A program made the translations under genes and the position numbers. The notes beneath the pieces were generated by a model. It was not told the origin of the DNA. It did not search any database and saw only the letters and a program-made list of their open reading frames with translations. A stretch of 64,000 bases of DNA from assembly GCA_949358305.1 (NCBI GenBank), contig OX442314.1, positions 1,488,001-1,552,000 on the forward strand. Reading direction: 5' to 3'. Shown here in pieces: positions 63,991 to 64,000 of the stretch. How positions within the stretch are numbered: the stretch's first letter is position 1; each line of letters starts with the position of its first letter. Origin of the DNA: Strigamia acuminata (lineage: Eukaryota).

Positions 63991-64000
63991 ATCGAATAAT

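Overview
Eukaryotic, most likely arthropod, DNA (spliceosomal introns, metazoan tRNA-iMet primer-binding sites, MBD-bearing Copia elements). It reads as a nested, cargo-rich transposon landscape rather than ordinary host genes. Contents: (1) an intact six-exon piggyBac-family transposase (DDD triad plus Cys-rich tail) and two matching piggyBac-like ends (...CCCCAAGG|TTAA at 33989 and 51582); (2) compact intron-containing genes: an RS-rich/PHD-finger protein, a compact thymidine kinase, coiled-coil/acidic proteins and three members of an unfamiliar double CxxC...HWxxxH zinc-finger family; (3) two complete Ty1/copia LTR retrotransposons that each carry a methyl-CpG-binding domain between integrase and RT, plus the 5' LTR of a third; (4) a CpG-rich palindromic TTAA-centred satellite with a higher-order AT-rich core; (5) two families of repeated, apparently structured non-coding RNA cassettes with constant scaffolds and variable interiors. 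These are nine tRNA-like head + variable segment + covarying double-hairpin units, and a seven-unit ~600-bp array ending in a UUCG hairpin. The ncRNA cassettes on a putative giant piggyBac element are the best candidate for an undescribed system. All gene models and RNA structures were derived by eye; no searches or folding programs were run.
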